Source of the DNA: Eledone cirrhosa
Taxonomy: Eukaryota
Assembly: GCA_964016885.1 (NCBI GenBank)
Contig: OZ024749.1
Coordinates: 17,794,001 to 17,858,000, forward strand
Length of the DNA: 64,000 nt
Reading direction: 5' to 3'
This document shows positions 51,201 through 63,719 of this stretch, piece by piece. The notes under the pieces were generated by a model, which was not told the DNA's origin, did no database searches, and was given only the letters and a program-made list of their open reading frames with translations. Position 1 is the first letter of the stretch. Every line of letters begins with the position of its first letter. A program made the position numbers and the translations under genes.

Positions 51201-52373
51201 TCGGTGTGTAGGAAAGGCGTAGGTAGAAACTCCATTTTATGTCCTAAATGCAAAGTATGGGTGCATAAAAGATGTAGTGGGATCACAGGTAGGCTAACTA
51301 AGAACATAGATTTTACATGTGGCCGGTGCTCTGGTGCAATAAGTAGCAGCAAGTGCCCACAAACTACTAGCTCTTTCAATTGCGCAGAGGGTTCTATAGA
51401 AATAGTGGACAGCTTCCGTTACCTGGGCGATAAAATCAGCAGTGGGGGAGGGTGCTCTGAAAGTACTGTAGCTAGAGTCAGAACTGGTTGGAAAAAGTTC
51501 AGAGAGCTTATACCACTATTAGCTGCTAAAGGGTTCTCACTAAAAATGAAAGGCAGGTTGTACGATGCCTGCATACGAACAGCAATGCTGCATGGCAGTG
51601 AGACCTGGGCATTGTGTGCAGAGGATATACGCAGACTAGAGAGGAACGAAGCTTGCATGCTCCGCTGGATGTGTAACAGTAATATACGTGAACGGCAAAG
51701 CATAAACGAACTAAGGAATAAATTAGAGATAAGAGGGATCAGATGTTGTTTACTCGAGAGAAGGCTACGTTGGTATGGACACGTGATGCGCATGAAAGTC
51801 GATAGCTGTATAACAAAGTGCAGGGCAATAAAGATAGACGGTAGTCACGGAATAGGCAGACCTAGAAAAACCTGGGACGAGCTGATAAACTCCGACATCA
51901 CACACTTACACCTCTCCAAGACAATGTCACTGGACCGAGACCTTTGGCGGTACTCAGTAACAGAGAAGACCCGCCTTACCTAAATATATAGTAAAACCTA
52001 CTCCAGCCAGTAGGCATCTCTAACAAATACACCCCGTCCCACCACCCCCACCCGATCCACACCACCCCGTTCTATGTAAAGTTATGTTGGTGCCGCGCCA
52101 TCGAGGCCGAAACAAATGAGATCGTGTAGGTGTCACGACAAAAAAACACACAGTCCACGCTGTAATGTGGCCGTGTAGGCAACACGGTAAAAACCTCCCA
52201 GACCCACACTGTAAATGTGGTTGGTGTTAGGAAGGGCATCCAACTGTAGAAAACCTGCCAGACAGTCCTATGCGAGCAAGACAATCACTCTTGCCTCAAG
52301 TGGGACTACCCCCGTCCAAACCCATGCAAGCGTGGAACACGGACGTTAAACGCTGATGATGATGATGATGATG
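48241..52373 (+). mobile_element. Full-length RTE family A LINE, potentially retrotransposition-competent
   Basis: 5' region shared with the 19-kb copy, intact ORF, 3' UTR and (GAT)n tail; flanked by (AT)n on both sides. Confidence 0.96.
48753..51983 (+). CDS. RTE polyprotein: AP endonuclease plus reverse transcriptase with an inserted PHD-type finger
   Basis: Frame open from 48621; first ATGs at 48753 and 48813; INVGT, IQETRW, AGDLNGH, VDYIL, SQH; FVDLEKAFD, QGSVLSP, YADD, FRYLG. Confidence 0.93.
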   Translation: MDCGILESGGEREKSGRSATMPKIKTNSPLGRECEHSSLFRPRTANITPSPPAPHRPQPPNAIQNFRVGTINVGTLKGRANEVVEMLERKEVDVCCIQETRWRGGSARFIEGKKRCYKLFWVGNDDGLGGVGIMVAEKWADKIIDVNRVNDRIIKIRLVLNRTTVTVISAYAPQSGLPGTIKDRFYETLMLTTSQISDSDYIIIAGDLNGHVGQHCDGYDEIHGGYGFGTRNEEGSRILEFCDANNLTICNTNFKKRDNHLITYRSGEHTSQVDYILTRRRDRVSVVNTKSLPHEECTSQHRLIISDLIVRTRRTRQQKRTILRRKIWKLKDPTARNKFQSILLDAFDSKEEHLESDNIEGEWEFLKANLLLATDEVCGWSRPVGRRRVTWWWNSKVEGSIKAKKQAWKVWRDGGSREDYQVARREARRQVYLARREAEERKFKHVLQRDDQKREVFRIARQCVKENRDIVGEKCVLNDDGTLAITDADKKVAWKCHYERLLNEENNWEKGSLPHIDPIEGPAVLVEGSIISKAIKDMKTGKAAGPSEIVAEMLKASGTVGHTMVTRIVNQVVQNGVVPKDWHSSIIVNCYKGKGDALDRSNYRGIKLIDQVMKVTERVIAQLIRERIDLDEMQFGFVSGKSTTDALFIVRQLQEKYLAKGKPLYLAFVDLEKAFDRVPRSIIWWALRKLGVDEWLVRAIQAMYKETVSKVRINNEYSEEFSVKVGVHQGSVLSPLLFIIALQAITEEFKTGCPWELLYADDLTLIAESMAELEKKFQTWKHGLESKGLKINLAKTKVLVCRKENKAAVPSGKWSCSVCRKGVGRNSILCPKCKVWVHKRCSGITGRLTKNIDFTCGRCSGAISSSKCPQTTSSFNCAEGSIEIVDSFRYLGDKISSGGGCSESTVARVRTGWKKFRELIPLLAAKGFSLKMKGRLYDACIRTAMLHGSETWALCAEDIRRLERNEACMLRWMCNSNIRERQSINELRNKLEIRGIRCCLLERRLRWYGHVMRMKVDSCITKCRAIKIDGSHGIGRPRKTWDELINSDITHLHLSKTMSLDRDLWRYSVTEKTRLT

Positions 52374-52619
52374 ATATATACATATATATATATATACATA
52401 TACATACATATATATATACATATACATATACATACATATATATATACATATACATACACATACATATATATATACATATACATACACATACATATATATA
52501 TACATATACATACATACATACACATATACATACATACATATATATATACACATATACATACATACATATATATATACACACATATAAAGACATATATATA
52601 TACATATATATGTATATAT

Positions 52620-53268
52620 ATCATCATCACTGTTTTACGTCCGTTCTTCCACGCTAGCATGGGTTAGACGGGTTGTCCTGTTGTGTGCAGTGTCTGGTCG
52701 GCTGACCATGCCTTGCTCATACAGGAACTGATCTGGCTTGATTTCTACAGCTGGATGCCCTTCCTAACACCACCCTCATTTACAGTGAGTGCTGGGTGCT
52801 TTTTCGTGGCGCCTACACGTCCACTTTACAGTGTGGGCTGGGTGCTTTTTTTGCCGTGGCACCTCCACGACCACCTTGCGGTGGGGGGGGGGGGGCATAT
52901 TGTTTATATGCTTCAGCACGTAAACGGTCGTGTGTCATTGTCTTTGAGAGGTGTAATTGGGTAAGGTCAGCTTTTATCACCTCATCCCAGGTCATCTTGG
53001 GTCTCCCCACTCCGCGGTTTCCATCAACTTCTAGTGCTCTGCACCTTTTTATGCAGCTGTCATCCTTCATACGCATCACATGTCCATACCAGCACAACCG
53101 CCTCTCCTGCACACAGCATTTGATTTCTCTTATGCTCAGTCTCTCTCTCAATTCATTTATGCTTTGTCGTTCACGTATATTACTGTTACACATCCATCGG
53201 ACCATGCAGGCTTCGTTTCTCTCTAATCTACGTAAGTCTTCCACCTTCAGCGCCCAGGTCTCACTACC
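52620..53268 (-). mobile_element. RTE family B 3' end
   Basis: [21 protein letters not shown]..., 3' UTR and tail. Confidence 0.92.
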
Positions 53269-53459
53269 ATATATATATACATATATACATATACATATAT
53301 ATATACATATATATATACATATATATATACATATATATATATACATATATATACATATATATACATATATATATACATATATATAAATATATATATATAC
53401 ATATATATATATACATATATATATATACATATATATATATACATACGATATTAAACAAA

Positions 53460-56370
53460 TGGAAACTATATTTATAAAACCATATTTATTTCATTATACA
53501 TATTTCAGGGATACCATATTAAAAATATGGCATGCCTTCGTCAGATAAAATACAATATATAAACAGTTTTATAAATAATTTTGACGTACCATATTATAAG
53601 CGACCATTATATTAGGAAGCTGTCTGGATAGTGACTTGTTTATAATTATTCAGTTATAGTGTTATGCACAGTTAGAAAAAAAGACGGAGAGAAAGAAGAA
53701 ACGGAGGTAAAGAAAAAACAGAGAGAGAGAGGGGAGAGAAAGAAATGGAGAAAGAGAAAAAAATATATAAATAGATAGGAGGAGGTGAAAAAGAAACAAG
53801 AAAGAAATAAGGGAGGCCAACGAAAGCAACAGATAAATAATAATTCACCATACATATAGAAAAACTTAAGAGAGAGGGAGTACTATATAGAGAGAGAAGG
53901 ATAATTATTTAGTTATAGTGTTAAGCACAATTAGAAAAAAGACGGAGAGAAAGAAAAAACGGAGATAAAGAAAAAACGGAGAGAGAGGGGGGAGGAAAGG
54001 AAGAGAGAGAGAAAATATAAATATATAGGAAGTGAAAAAGAAACAAGAGAGGAATAAGAGAGGCAAACGAAAGCGACAGATACATAATAATTCATCATAC
54101 ATAAAGATAAACTCAAGAGAGAGGAGAAAGTGCTATATAGAGAGAGAAGGGTACAGTTAGATCTTTACGTCATGTCATATCAATTTGAATTATCAATTCA
54201 TATGAAATGGATAAAAAGAATGCAAATATCAATATTCATGAATGAGACATAGATATATAATATGAGAAAATAACATTGTTCAATAATGACCGTATGTTTA
54301 GTTTAAAACTCTGAGGTCAATATACCAAAATCTGAGATAAAACCTTCAAAAAATTACCATTTATAAAAATACGGAAATATATATGTATATATATATATAC
54401 ATGTATATGTACTTACTGAAAAAAGAAAAAAGAGAAAATTATGTCTAACTCTAGTCAATAATATAGACATACACATGACTTCACCTGATCAACTCTATAA
54501 TTTCTTGTGTCATACAAAAATTTCTTGTGTTATAAAAAATTCACTGTATATATACATAAAATATACGATTAATATTCATGTCCTCACATATATGATTACC
54601 GTTCATGTATTTAATATTATGCATATCTGTAACATATACAGAACCATACCTATACATATATATATGTATATATAAAATATCTGCGTGAGTTTTCCAGCAT
54701 CTTTACGCACATATACAGACACATGAACACATAAAATAAACTCTATAAACCTTTTATATGCATGTTAATACACATATGGCCTTTGTATAGAGATAATCAA
54801 ATATCAATATATCAGCACAGAAACATCAAAACATTAAAATACTTTCAACACATTATAGAGTATCTCAGGCCAAAAACAATATGCTTCATATATTTACTAC
54901 AGAAATCTATCTTTCTTATATTTCAAACAATATATTGCAAAGTTAGTTATAAGCTATCAGAGTCAAATAACAAATAAAAACCAAAAATTATTTAACAAAA
55001 ATTATTTAAAAGATTTAGAAGACCCAGTGATTCTACGGATGCCCTTATATTTAGTATAGAAATTTATCTTGCGTAAAATTTATTTAATACATTGGGAACA
55101 TATACATTTTAGAGTAGTTTATTACATCTTTGTTTATATATAGGAAGAAGGTTTAAAAAGAAAAAGGTGAAGGAATCAAATGATTTATCGTCAGGTTTCA
55201 TATATTAACTAAATTTCTTAATTAATTATACTACATTTTAAATTTATATTTATATTTAAACGTTGAGTTCAATCTATGTCTGCAGCAACTGAATAAATTG
55301 CTCCTTAAATTAAGGGAATTTTTGGACTTTAATATAAAGAATACCTCCTCCACACAGATCACATGTCTCTGATGAGGAATTAAAAGGAATCCTTTTTGAG
55401 ACAATATTTCAAAACATCGAATACTTAACATTATCTCGTTTAAGTTGCCAGAGTAGGCTAGATAGCAAAGTTGAGGATTTTTTGTTTGGATCTGTGAAAG
55501 AATTCTTATGATTATTGAAGCGAAGTTTAAATTCTGTCGAGGTGGAACCAACATAGTTGAAAGAATTTGAGTTAGTTTTAACATTACAATTATATACTAC
55601 ATTTTTAACTAAGCAATTGTTATTTAACGGACAGTTAGATTTATTTCTACAGTTACAGTTATTTAATTGAATATTGTTTGGGTTATTATTGGTATTTTGG
55701 TTAGGTTTTAAATTCCTATTATTAATTCTGTTAATATTTTGTGCTAAATTTTTGGTGGACGAGTAAGTTAGTTTTATAGTATGTCTATTAAAAATTGAGT
55801 GATATTTATTTGTTCTAGGGAAGCGTTTGTCAAGAGCATTAAAGAATAGTTTAGCAATATGGGTTTTAATATTTAGTGAAAAAGGGGGGGCAAACCATAT
55901 TATATTTCTAGTTCTATTTCTTTTTCGGCTTTTGGAATTATTGTAATGTTTTCTATTATAGTTGTTAATGTTGTTACCGTAATTAAAATTGTTATTATTT
56001 TGGTTAGTTTGCTTATTATTATCGATGTACTTAATTTTATCACTATATCCTGCTCTAGCTAACGCTTCATTGTAATACTGCGCTTTTTCATCAAAAATAT
56101 TTTTATTAGATGAAATTCTTGAAATTCGTTCTTGAACAGAGTTCACTATAGTATTTTTAACAGATCTGGGGTGATTAGAGTTAAAATTGACATAATTCAA
56201 GTTCTCATTTAGTTTGTGACATGGATAGTGAAGACATGTGTTGAGATTTAGTGTTACATCCAGGAAATTGTCTATTCTATGGTTATTCTCTATTTCTATT
56301 TTTAGATTAAGGTAATTAAAAAATTGTATAATTTGTTTTCTTTTTCTATTTAGTTCACAGTTATTATTTT
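53460..56370 (-). mobile_element. Penelope-like element, 5'-truncated (RT thumb plus GIY-YIG, long 3' region, hammerhead)
   Basis: NFLDVTLNL, SNHP, IIWFAPPFS, CNC....CPL...C...VVY, YVGST..FKLRFNNH; frameshift near 55420 then LN.RS.LFSCCRH; ~258-bp purine-rich tandem repeat at 53642-54150. Confidence 0.88.
53485..53555 (-). ncRNA. Minimal type I hammerhead ribozyme
   Basis: tattttat-CTGACGA-AGGcATGCCATATT/AATATGGTATcCCT-GAA-ATATGTAT-A-atgaaata. Confidence 0.85.
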
Positions 56371-56470
56371 CATATATACATATATATATATACATATATA
56401 TATACATATATACATATATATATACATATATATACATATATATATATACATATATATATATACATATATA

Positions 56471-58075
56471 TCATCATCACCGTTTTACGTCCGTTCTTCC
56501 ACGCTAGAATGGGTTAGACGGGTTGTCCTGTTGTGGGCAGTGTCTGGTCGGCTGACCATGCCTTGCTCATACTGGAACTGATTTGGCTTGATTTCTACAG
56601 CTGGATGCCCTTCCTAACACCAACCTCATTTACAGTGAGTGCTAGGTGCTTTTTCGTGGCGCCTACACGTCCACTTTACAGTGTGGGCTGGGTGCTTTTT
56701 GTCATGGCACCTCCACGACCACCTTGCAGTGGGAGGTGTGGGGGCATATTGTCTATATGCTTCAGCTTGTACCCATGGGAGGTCGGGTACACTGTATTAC
56801 TGCGTGACGCCAGAGGTCACGGTCGTGTGTCATTGCCTTTGAGAGGTGTAATTGGGTAAGGTCGGCTTTTATCACCTCATCCCAGGTCATCTTGGGTCTC
56901 CCCACTCCGCGGTTTCCATCGACTTCTCGTGCTCTGCACCTTTTTATGCAACTGTCATCGTTCATACGCATCACATGTCCATACCAGCGCAACCGCCTCT
57001 CCTGCACACAGCATTTGATTCCTCTTATGCTCAGTCTCTCTCAAAATTCATTTATGCTTTGTCGTTCACGTATATTACTGTTACACATCCATCGGAGCAT
57101 GCATGCTTCGTTTCTCTCTAATCTACGTAAGTCTTCCACCTTCAGCGCCCAGGTCTCACTACCATGCAACATCGCTGTTCGGATACACGCATCATACAGT
57201 CTGCCTCTCATTCTGAGGGAGAAGCCTTTTGCAGCTAGCAGTGGTAGTAGTTCCCTAAACTTCTTCCATCCCGTTCTTACCCTAGTTATTGTACTTTCTG
57301 AACACCCACCTCCGCTGCTAATTCGGTCACCTAGGTAGCAGAAGCTGTCTACTGTTTCTACAGAGCCCTCCCAGAGATTGGTGGTACTTGTTTCCTGTGG
57401 CTGTTTGCTGCTTGCTGTCCCAGCACAACTGCTTCCTGAGATCCCGCTACATCTCTTGTGTACCCATTGTTTGCATTTGGGGCAGACAATGGAGTTCCTA
57501 CCTACACCTTTCCTACATACTGAGCAAGGCCATTTCCCTGAGGGGATCTGGGTTCTGTTTTCTCGTCTACTTACAAGGACCTTAGTCTTTGTCATGTTGA
57601 CTTTGAGACCCTTTCTTTCTAGTCCCTGCTTCCAAGTTTGGAATTTATTCTCTAGTTCTACCATAGATTCAGCTATAAGTGCGAGGTCATCAGCATACAG
57701 GAGTTCCCATGGGCAACCGGTCTTAAACTCCTCCGTTATTGCCTGCAGGACTATGATGAACAGGAGGGGGCTAAGAACAGAGCCCTGGTGGACCCCAACC
57801 TGTACGCTAAATTCCTCGCTATACTCATTGCTAATCCTAACTTTGCTGACTGCTCCCCTATACATGGCTTGTACCGCTTTCACAAGCCATTCATCTACTC
57901 CTAGTTTTCTAAGAGCCCACCAGATTACAGCACGTGGAACTCTGTCAAAGGCTTTCTCAAGGTCGACAAATGCCAAGTAGAGTGGCTTACTTTTACCTAG
58001 GTACTTTTCCTGTAACTGCCTCACAAGGAAGAGGGCTTCAGTGGTGCCTCTTCCTGGTACAAACCCAAATTGCAT
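56471..58075 (-). mobile_element. RTE family B, 5'-truncated at MQFGF
   Basis: ORFs 57041-58099 and 56762-57007, 3' UTR and tail. Confidence 0.94.
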
Positions 58076-59560
58076 CTTCCTTCCAACACTGAATATCATA
58101 ATAATAGTACTCCCGACGTCATTGTAAACCCTAGGCTAATTTCTACAAACCCAAATACAACGTCAAACACAACTTCGCTAAATGTTCTTAATCCCATTCT
58201 AAATCAAGAAACTATTATTCCTATCGCAAATAACTTCTCCAATCCAATTCCTTCTATAGATAACACTAGGTCACTCATTAATAATCTCTCTAATCGCAAT
58301 TGCCCTATTAAAAATAAATGTCCTCTCAACAACCATTGTCTTGATAAAAACTTAATTTACGAATGTAAAGTTATAACTGACACCAATTCCTTCACCTATT
58401 TTGGCTCCACTTCCACCTCTTTTAAAGCTCGTCTTTATAACCATCATTCGTCTTTTAAATACAAACTTAAAAGAACCAACACGGCTCTCTCAGAACTCAT
58501 ATGGTCCTTGAAAGACAAAAATATTAAATATAGCATCTTTTGGAAGAAGGTTTCTTCTGCGTCTCCATACTTGAACAGTTCTCTATCCAATATTTGCAAT
58601 CTCTGCCTAAATGAAAAAATTACCATTATTTCTAATTTAGATTCTATAATAAATAGACGCACTGACTTGTTTTCTATCTGCTTGCATAAATTCCATAAAA
58701 CATTTCACAAAGTATACAGCTAATATTCAATTCTTTATCAATTTAGAATCTTTTTCTCAAAGGCACATATATATATATATACACTTCTTTTAAAAATATA
58801 CCCATCTTTCTACCTTATTTCAAAGGTTATTATACATTCTATAATACTTGTTAATCATTCTTCTCACCTTGTAAAAATCCTTCGTAAACATATACATTTT
58901 TTTTGACGTTAGATTATTCATCCTCAATTCATTATTCTTTTCTCCCTTTCATCTAACTCATTCATCTCACAATATTTCCTTACGTAAATAACCTGTTGTT
59001 CCTTTTAATAATACATATCAACATCTTCTTAACATCGCACATATTATTAACCGCTTAAACATTATTCTCAATACATATTAACATCTTCTTTTTTCATCGC
59101 ACATATTATCAAACCCCTCAATATACAAACCTTAACTAACATTATTTTTCTCTTCGTTAATTTTCAAATTCTTTTAATTTATTCATTATCTTCCAACGGT
59201 TTTCAACCTCTCTATGTAAAACAATATATCTTTCTCAGTTATAAAAGCTATCTCTCTCTATCTATCACCCATCTCTCCTCCTATCTCATCCTTCCTCATT
59301 ATACTCCTCCCTCTCCACTTTTTACTCTCATCTCCTCCTCTTTTTCACCCCCCCCCCTCTAAATAAAATATTTTTCCCAATATCACACATCAATCTAAAA
59401 CTACTTCTCATATGTTGATTTAAAACTGAACTATCCACAAGTGTTTTTTAACCTTCATATCATGTCTTCATGTTTTATCTGATGAAAACACAAATATTAT
59501 TGCATGATGATATTTGTTTTTGAAATGCGCATAATAAAATACATGGAACTCTTTTAACCA
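58076..59560 (+). mobile_element. Penelope-like element 3' end (GIY-YIG plus 3' region and hammerhead)
   Basis: CPLNNHC...LIYEC, YFGST..FKARLYNH, CNLCLNEK, INRRTDLFSICLH in ORF 58070-58723. Confidence 0.85.
59469..59545 (+). ncRNA. Minimal type I hammerhead ribozyme
   Basis: gttttat-CTGATGA-AAAcACAAATATTAT/ATGATATTTGTtTTT-GAA-ATGCGCAT-A-ataaaat. Confidence 0.85.
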
Positions 59561-59687
59561 TCTTTTGTTCTTATATATTATATACATATATATATATACA
59601 TATATACATACATATATATATACATATATATATATACATATATATATATACATATATATATACAAGTTAACTTTATGGCCTATTGAT

Positions 59688-60172
59688 TCTAGGCCATGCT
59701 TCCATGTTTTTTCTTCTCTAGTTCAGCTATGAGCGTTAGATCATCTGCGTATAGAAGTTCCCATAGGCAGCCGGTCTTGAAATCCTCTGTTATACCCTGA
59801 AGGGCAATAGTAAATAGGAGGGGGCTAAGGACAGAGCCTTGATGAACACCAACTTTTACGCTAAATTCTTCACTATATTCATTGTTAATTCTAACCTTGC
59901 TGACTGTTTCTCTATACATGGCTTGTATAGCTCTCATAACCCATTCATCTACACCTAGTTTTCTAATAGCCCACCAGATAATGGCAGGGGGGACTCTGTC
60001 AAATGCTAAGTAGAGGGGTTTACTTTTAGCTAGGTACTTCTCCTGTAGGAAAAGAGCATCTGTGGTACTTTTACCTGACACACCAAGTTACTCTCCTCCT
60101 GCCTATAGGTCTGCTCCAGCCACAGATTTCATCCATCGCTTTCAGCAGGTTCACTTTCCAGAATTTCCACTG
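59688..60172 (-). mobile_element. RTE family A-related deleted fragment
   Basis: ORF 59689-60081 has RT motifs (GVHQGSVLSP, YADD); an upstream piece is joined by deletion. Confidence 0.88.
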
Positions 60173-61083
60173 TACTCGTAAAAATTAATTTCCATTTCTT
60201 TCGCTGGACGATACCACTCGAGACTGGCTGACTCACGGAGGTGGGTGTGCTGGCTGGGACTCCCAATCGAAATCTTTACTCTATATCCCATCCTAATATC
60301 TTATCGAGTTAAATAAAAAAAAAATTTTTTTTTTCATATAAGACTCTCTCCATAAGTTCGTTAAATAAATAAATCTCGCTACCTCTATTTTTCAATTTAC
60401 CATTTTGCAATATAATATTTTTAATTTAATTTATTTCATCCTATAACTCGCAACATAAGTTTAGCGTTCCAATCTTCGGTTCACACATTAGACCATACAG
60501 ACACCCACTATAGATTCTTTGGGTAGCATTTTTTTCACGGCATTTTCTAACATGAATGTAGTTTGACCCTTACACTACACTTCTTTCTCCCTTTCTTTCT
60601 TCCCCTTCTTCTTTGACAGAGTGGTGGTAATATATGATAGGCCTGCGCCCCCTTACCAGATATTCACTGGAAGTTTTCGGTTGCCAACACTTTGAGGGTG
60701 GCTGGCTGTGAAGCTAGTTGGTCAGCCGCCCTTTCTGTCTCTGGTTTCCCGGACCCATGGTTTTTCGGACCCATGGCTTTTTACATATTCCTTTGTTATA
60801 TTCGAATACCTGATGATATCTCCGGATTCATATGGAACCCAGTCATTGAAATGATCATAGTATAATAAACCTTTCAAGGATTTACACCAGTCCAGCCTAC
60901 TGTTATTTCATTTATAATTAACTCCGTATTCGCACCACCAACTACACAAATGAACATGGGTGAACTGCATTGCGTTGAGTACTCTTCACAATATTACACC
61001 AGGATTGACCATACGGAATGACTAGTTCTATCCAGTGGTGAACCAACAAACCTTAAGAAGTATATAAATATATATATATGTAT

Positions 61084-62555
61084 AAGGTAAAGGGGATGCT
61101 CTGGACAGGAGCAATTATAGGGGCATAAAGCTGATGGATCAGGTTATGAAAGTGGCAGAAAGAATATTAGCGCAACTGATTAGAGAAAGGGTCAATTTAG
61201 ATGAGATGCAGTTTGGTTTTGTGCCTGGGAAAAGTACAACAGATGCCCTCTTCTTAGTGAGACAACTACAAGAAAGGTTCTTAGAGAAGAATAAGCCACT
61301 ATACTTAGCTTTTGTTGACTTAGAGAAGGTCTTTGATAGGTACCCCAATCTGTCATCTGGTGGTCCCTAAGGAAACTAGGTGTAGAGGAATGGCTTGTGG
61401 GGACAGTGCAAGCTATGTACAGGGGTGCTGTCAGTAAAGTGAGAATAGGAATGGAGTTTAGTGAGGAATTCCAGATGCAAGTAGGTGTAAATCAAGGTTC
61501 AGTCCTCAGCCCACTCTTGTTCATTATAGTCCTTCAAGCCATAACAGAGGAGTTTACGACTGGCTGTCCATAGGAACTTCTCTATGCTGATGATCTGGTT
61601 CTTAAGCAGAATCAGTAGAGGAACTAGAGAATAAATTCTGCCTATGGAAACAGTAGTTGGAATCAAGAGGCCTGAGAGTGAACATAGCTAAAACAAAAGT
61701 GCTGATAAGTAGAAGAGAGAACAATACTCTGATTCCATCTGGGAAATGGCCATGTTCGATATGTAGGAAAGGAACTGGCATAAATTCCATAAAATGTACG
61801 CAATGCAGATCTTGGGTACACAAGAGATGTAGTGGGATAGCAGACAAACTAACAAGTAGGGAAAACTACGTATCCAGTTGATGTACAGGGAAATTAGACA
61901 GTAGAAGTTGCAGTGATAGACACATTTTTCAAATGCAGGTGGGTTTTATAGAAGTGGTTGATAGCTTCCTGTGCCTAGGTGATCAGATTAGCATGGGAGG
62001 GGGATATTCCAAGGCTATAGTATCCAGAATAAGGACAGGTTGGAAGAAGTTTAGGGAGCTGCTTTCTCTGTTGACAAAGAAGGGTTTCTCCCTGCATACG
62101 AAAGGACGGTTATATGATACCTGTGTGAGATGCATGATGCTGCATGGTAGTAAGACATGGGCAGCAACTGCAAAGGATATGCGACGGTTGGAGAGAAATG
62201 AAGCAAGCATGCTCTGTTGGATGTACAATGTCAATGTGTGTGAATGACCAAGCATAGACGAGTTGAGAAAGAAACTGGGTATAAGAGGGATAAGTTGTGC
62301 TGTGCAAGAGAGAAGACTGAGTTGGTATGGACATGTGATGCGCATGGAGAATGACCCCTGGGTAAAGAAGTGCCAAGAAATCCCAGCAGAAGAGGTAGAC
62401 CACGTAAAACATGGGAGGAGGTGGTGAGATAAGACCTCATATCACTGAAACTCACCGAGGAGATGATGGAGAACCGTGACAAGTGGAGAGATGCTGAATA
62501 AGACCCATCCCATCCTTGCAAGCAGGGAAAAACGGACGTAAAATGATGATGATGA
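61084..62555 (+). mobile_element. RTE family C, 5'-truncated, decayed
   Basis: Matches 43119-44617; tail at ~62520-62555. Confidence 0.92.
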
Positions 62556-62724
62556 TATATATATATACTAGTATTCAAGTGTTTATGGAGAGACCGATAA
62601 CATTGTTAGAACTCATTGCAGCCTTGAAGAGATGGTTTCAACAAGATCGGGTGGTGAAAGTTATAGTTTTTGTAGAAGAATCTCATCACATAAGGTTCCT
62701 TCAAAGATTCCTCTAGAGTTACAG

Positions 62725-63045
62725 AGTCATTTATATATATGTGTGTGTTTTGAACAATGAAAATAAAACTAGAGACAAGGATATGTTCTTAATTAGTTCA
62801 TTGTTTTACTATCATTTCAGAGGTTTGATTGATCATGGTAGATTGATGTATTGACAAACAGGTAGTTGTTATGTCTCTAACTATTTCTAGTCTCAAAATC
62901 CCTGATCAATCAATCACACCGAATCAATATATTGATTTACCATAATCAATCAACCCTCTGAAACAATCGTAAACAATGAATCATATCTCAGATTTTTGTT
63001 TTATTTTCAATGTTCAATACCCACAAACACACATATATAATTGAC
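62725..63045. mobile_element. Degenerate foldback (MITE-like) element
   Basis: tttcagaggtttgattgatcatggta pairs with taccataatcaatcaaccctctgaaa; outer tgaacaatgaaaataaaac pairs with gttttattttcaatgttca. Confidence 0.6.
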
Positions 63046-63146
63046 AATTTCTTTGGAATAATTGATAAAACTTGTGGCTGGAACAAAGTACCAGCCAGGC
63101 AGAGGGTGACCTAGTGGTGAAACAGCACAGTAGATAGAACTATTAA

Positions 63147-63354
63147 CCCTGTAGCATTTACATTACTCTATATTTAGTATTATATTTTCATGGTAAAGTC
63201 TTTATCTCACATAATATTGAATCTATGAGATTTTGAGATTACTTATTTTGAAGACAATACATTAACATCAATATGAGCTGCGAATTACAGCCAGTATGAA
63301 CAGAAGGAGGTGAGAGAATTCTGGCTGGATATGGCCAGTTTAAATGATAAAGGG
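63147..63354. mobile_element. piggyBac-type MITE inserted in an RTE relic (63060-63640)
   Basis: TTAA|CCCTGTAGCATTTA ... TAAATGATAAAGGG|TTAA; RTE sequence is continuous across the site. Confidence 0.88.
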
Positions 63355-63719
63355 TTAAAGATAAGTGACAGGCATGGAAAGACTGGAAAAATAGGGGTAT
63401 CAGACCAGGACCAGGTAGCTAAGAGAGAAGCTAAAAGACAGGTATACATAACACAGAGAGAGGCTGAAAAAAGAAAGTTTGCCAAAGTCTTGAAACGTGA
63501 GAATCAGAGGTGTGAAGTGTTCCACATTGCAAGACAGGGAAAGGTGTTAGAAATGACACTGGTACACTTAGCACCACTGATGCTAAAAAGAAAGAGGCCT
63601 GGAAATGTTACTATGAGAGATTGATGAATGTAGAGAATAAATTAAGAAGCAATCTTAGGCTTTTGTTTTCTGTTAATTGTTCAACACACATACACATATA
63701 ATTGACATTCTCTTTGGAA

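Noticed and set aside
50012-51793. Recurrent antisense ORFs in RTE copies (e.g. IPLHLLCTH..., MALIDPST...)
   Set aside because: They shadow the sense ORF and recur only because the copies are homologous; no domain signal.
60805-60865. CTGATGA...TTGAAATGATC as a hammerhead
   Set aside because: Stem II pairing is too degenerate to support by eye.
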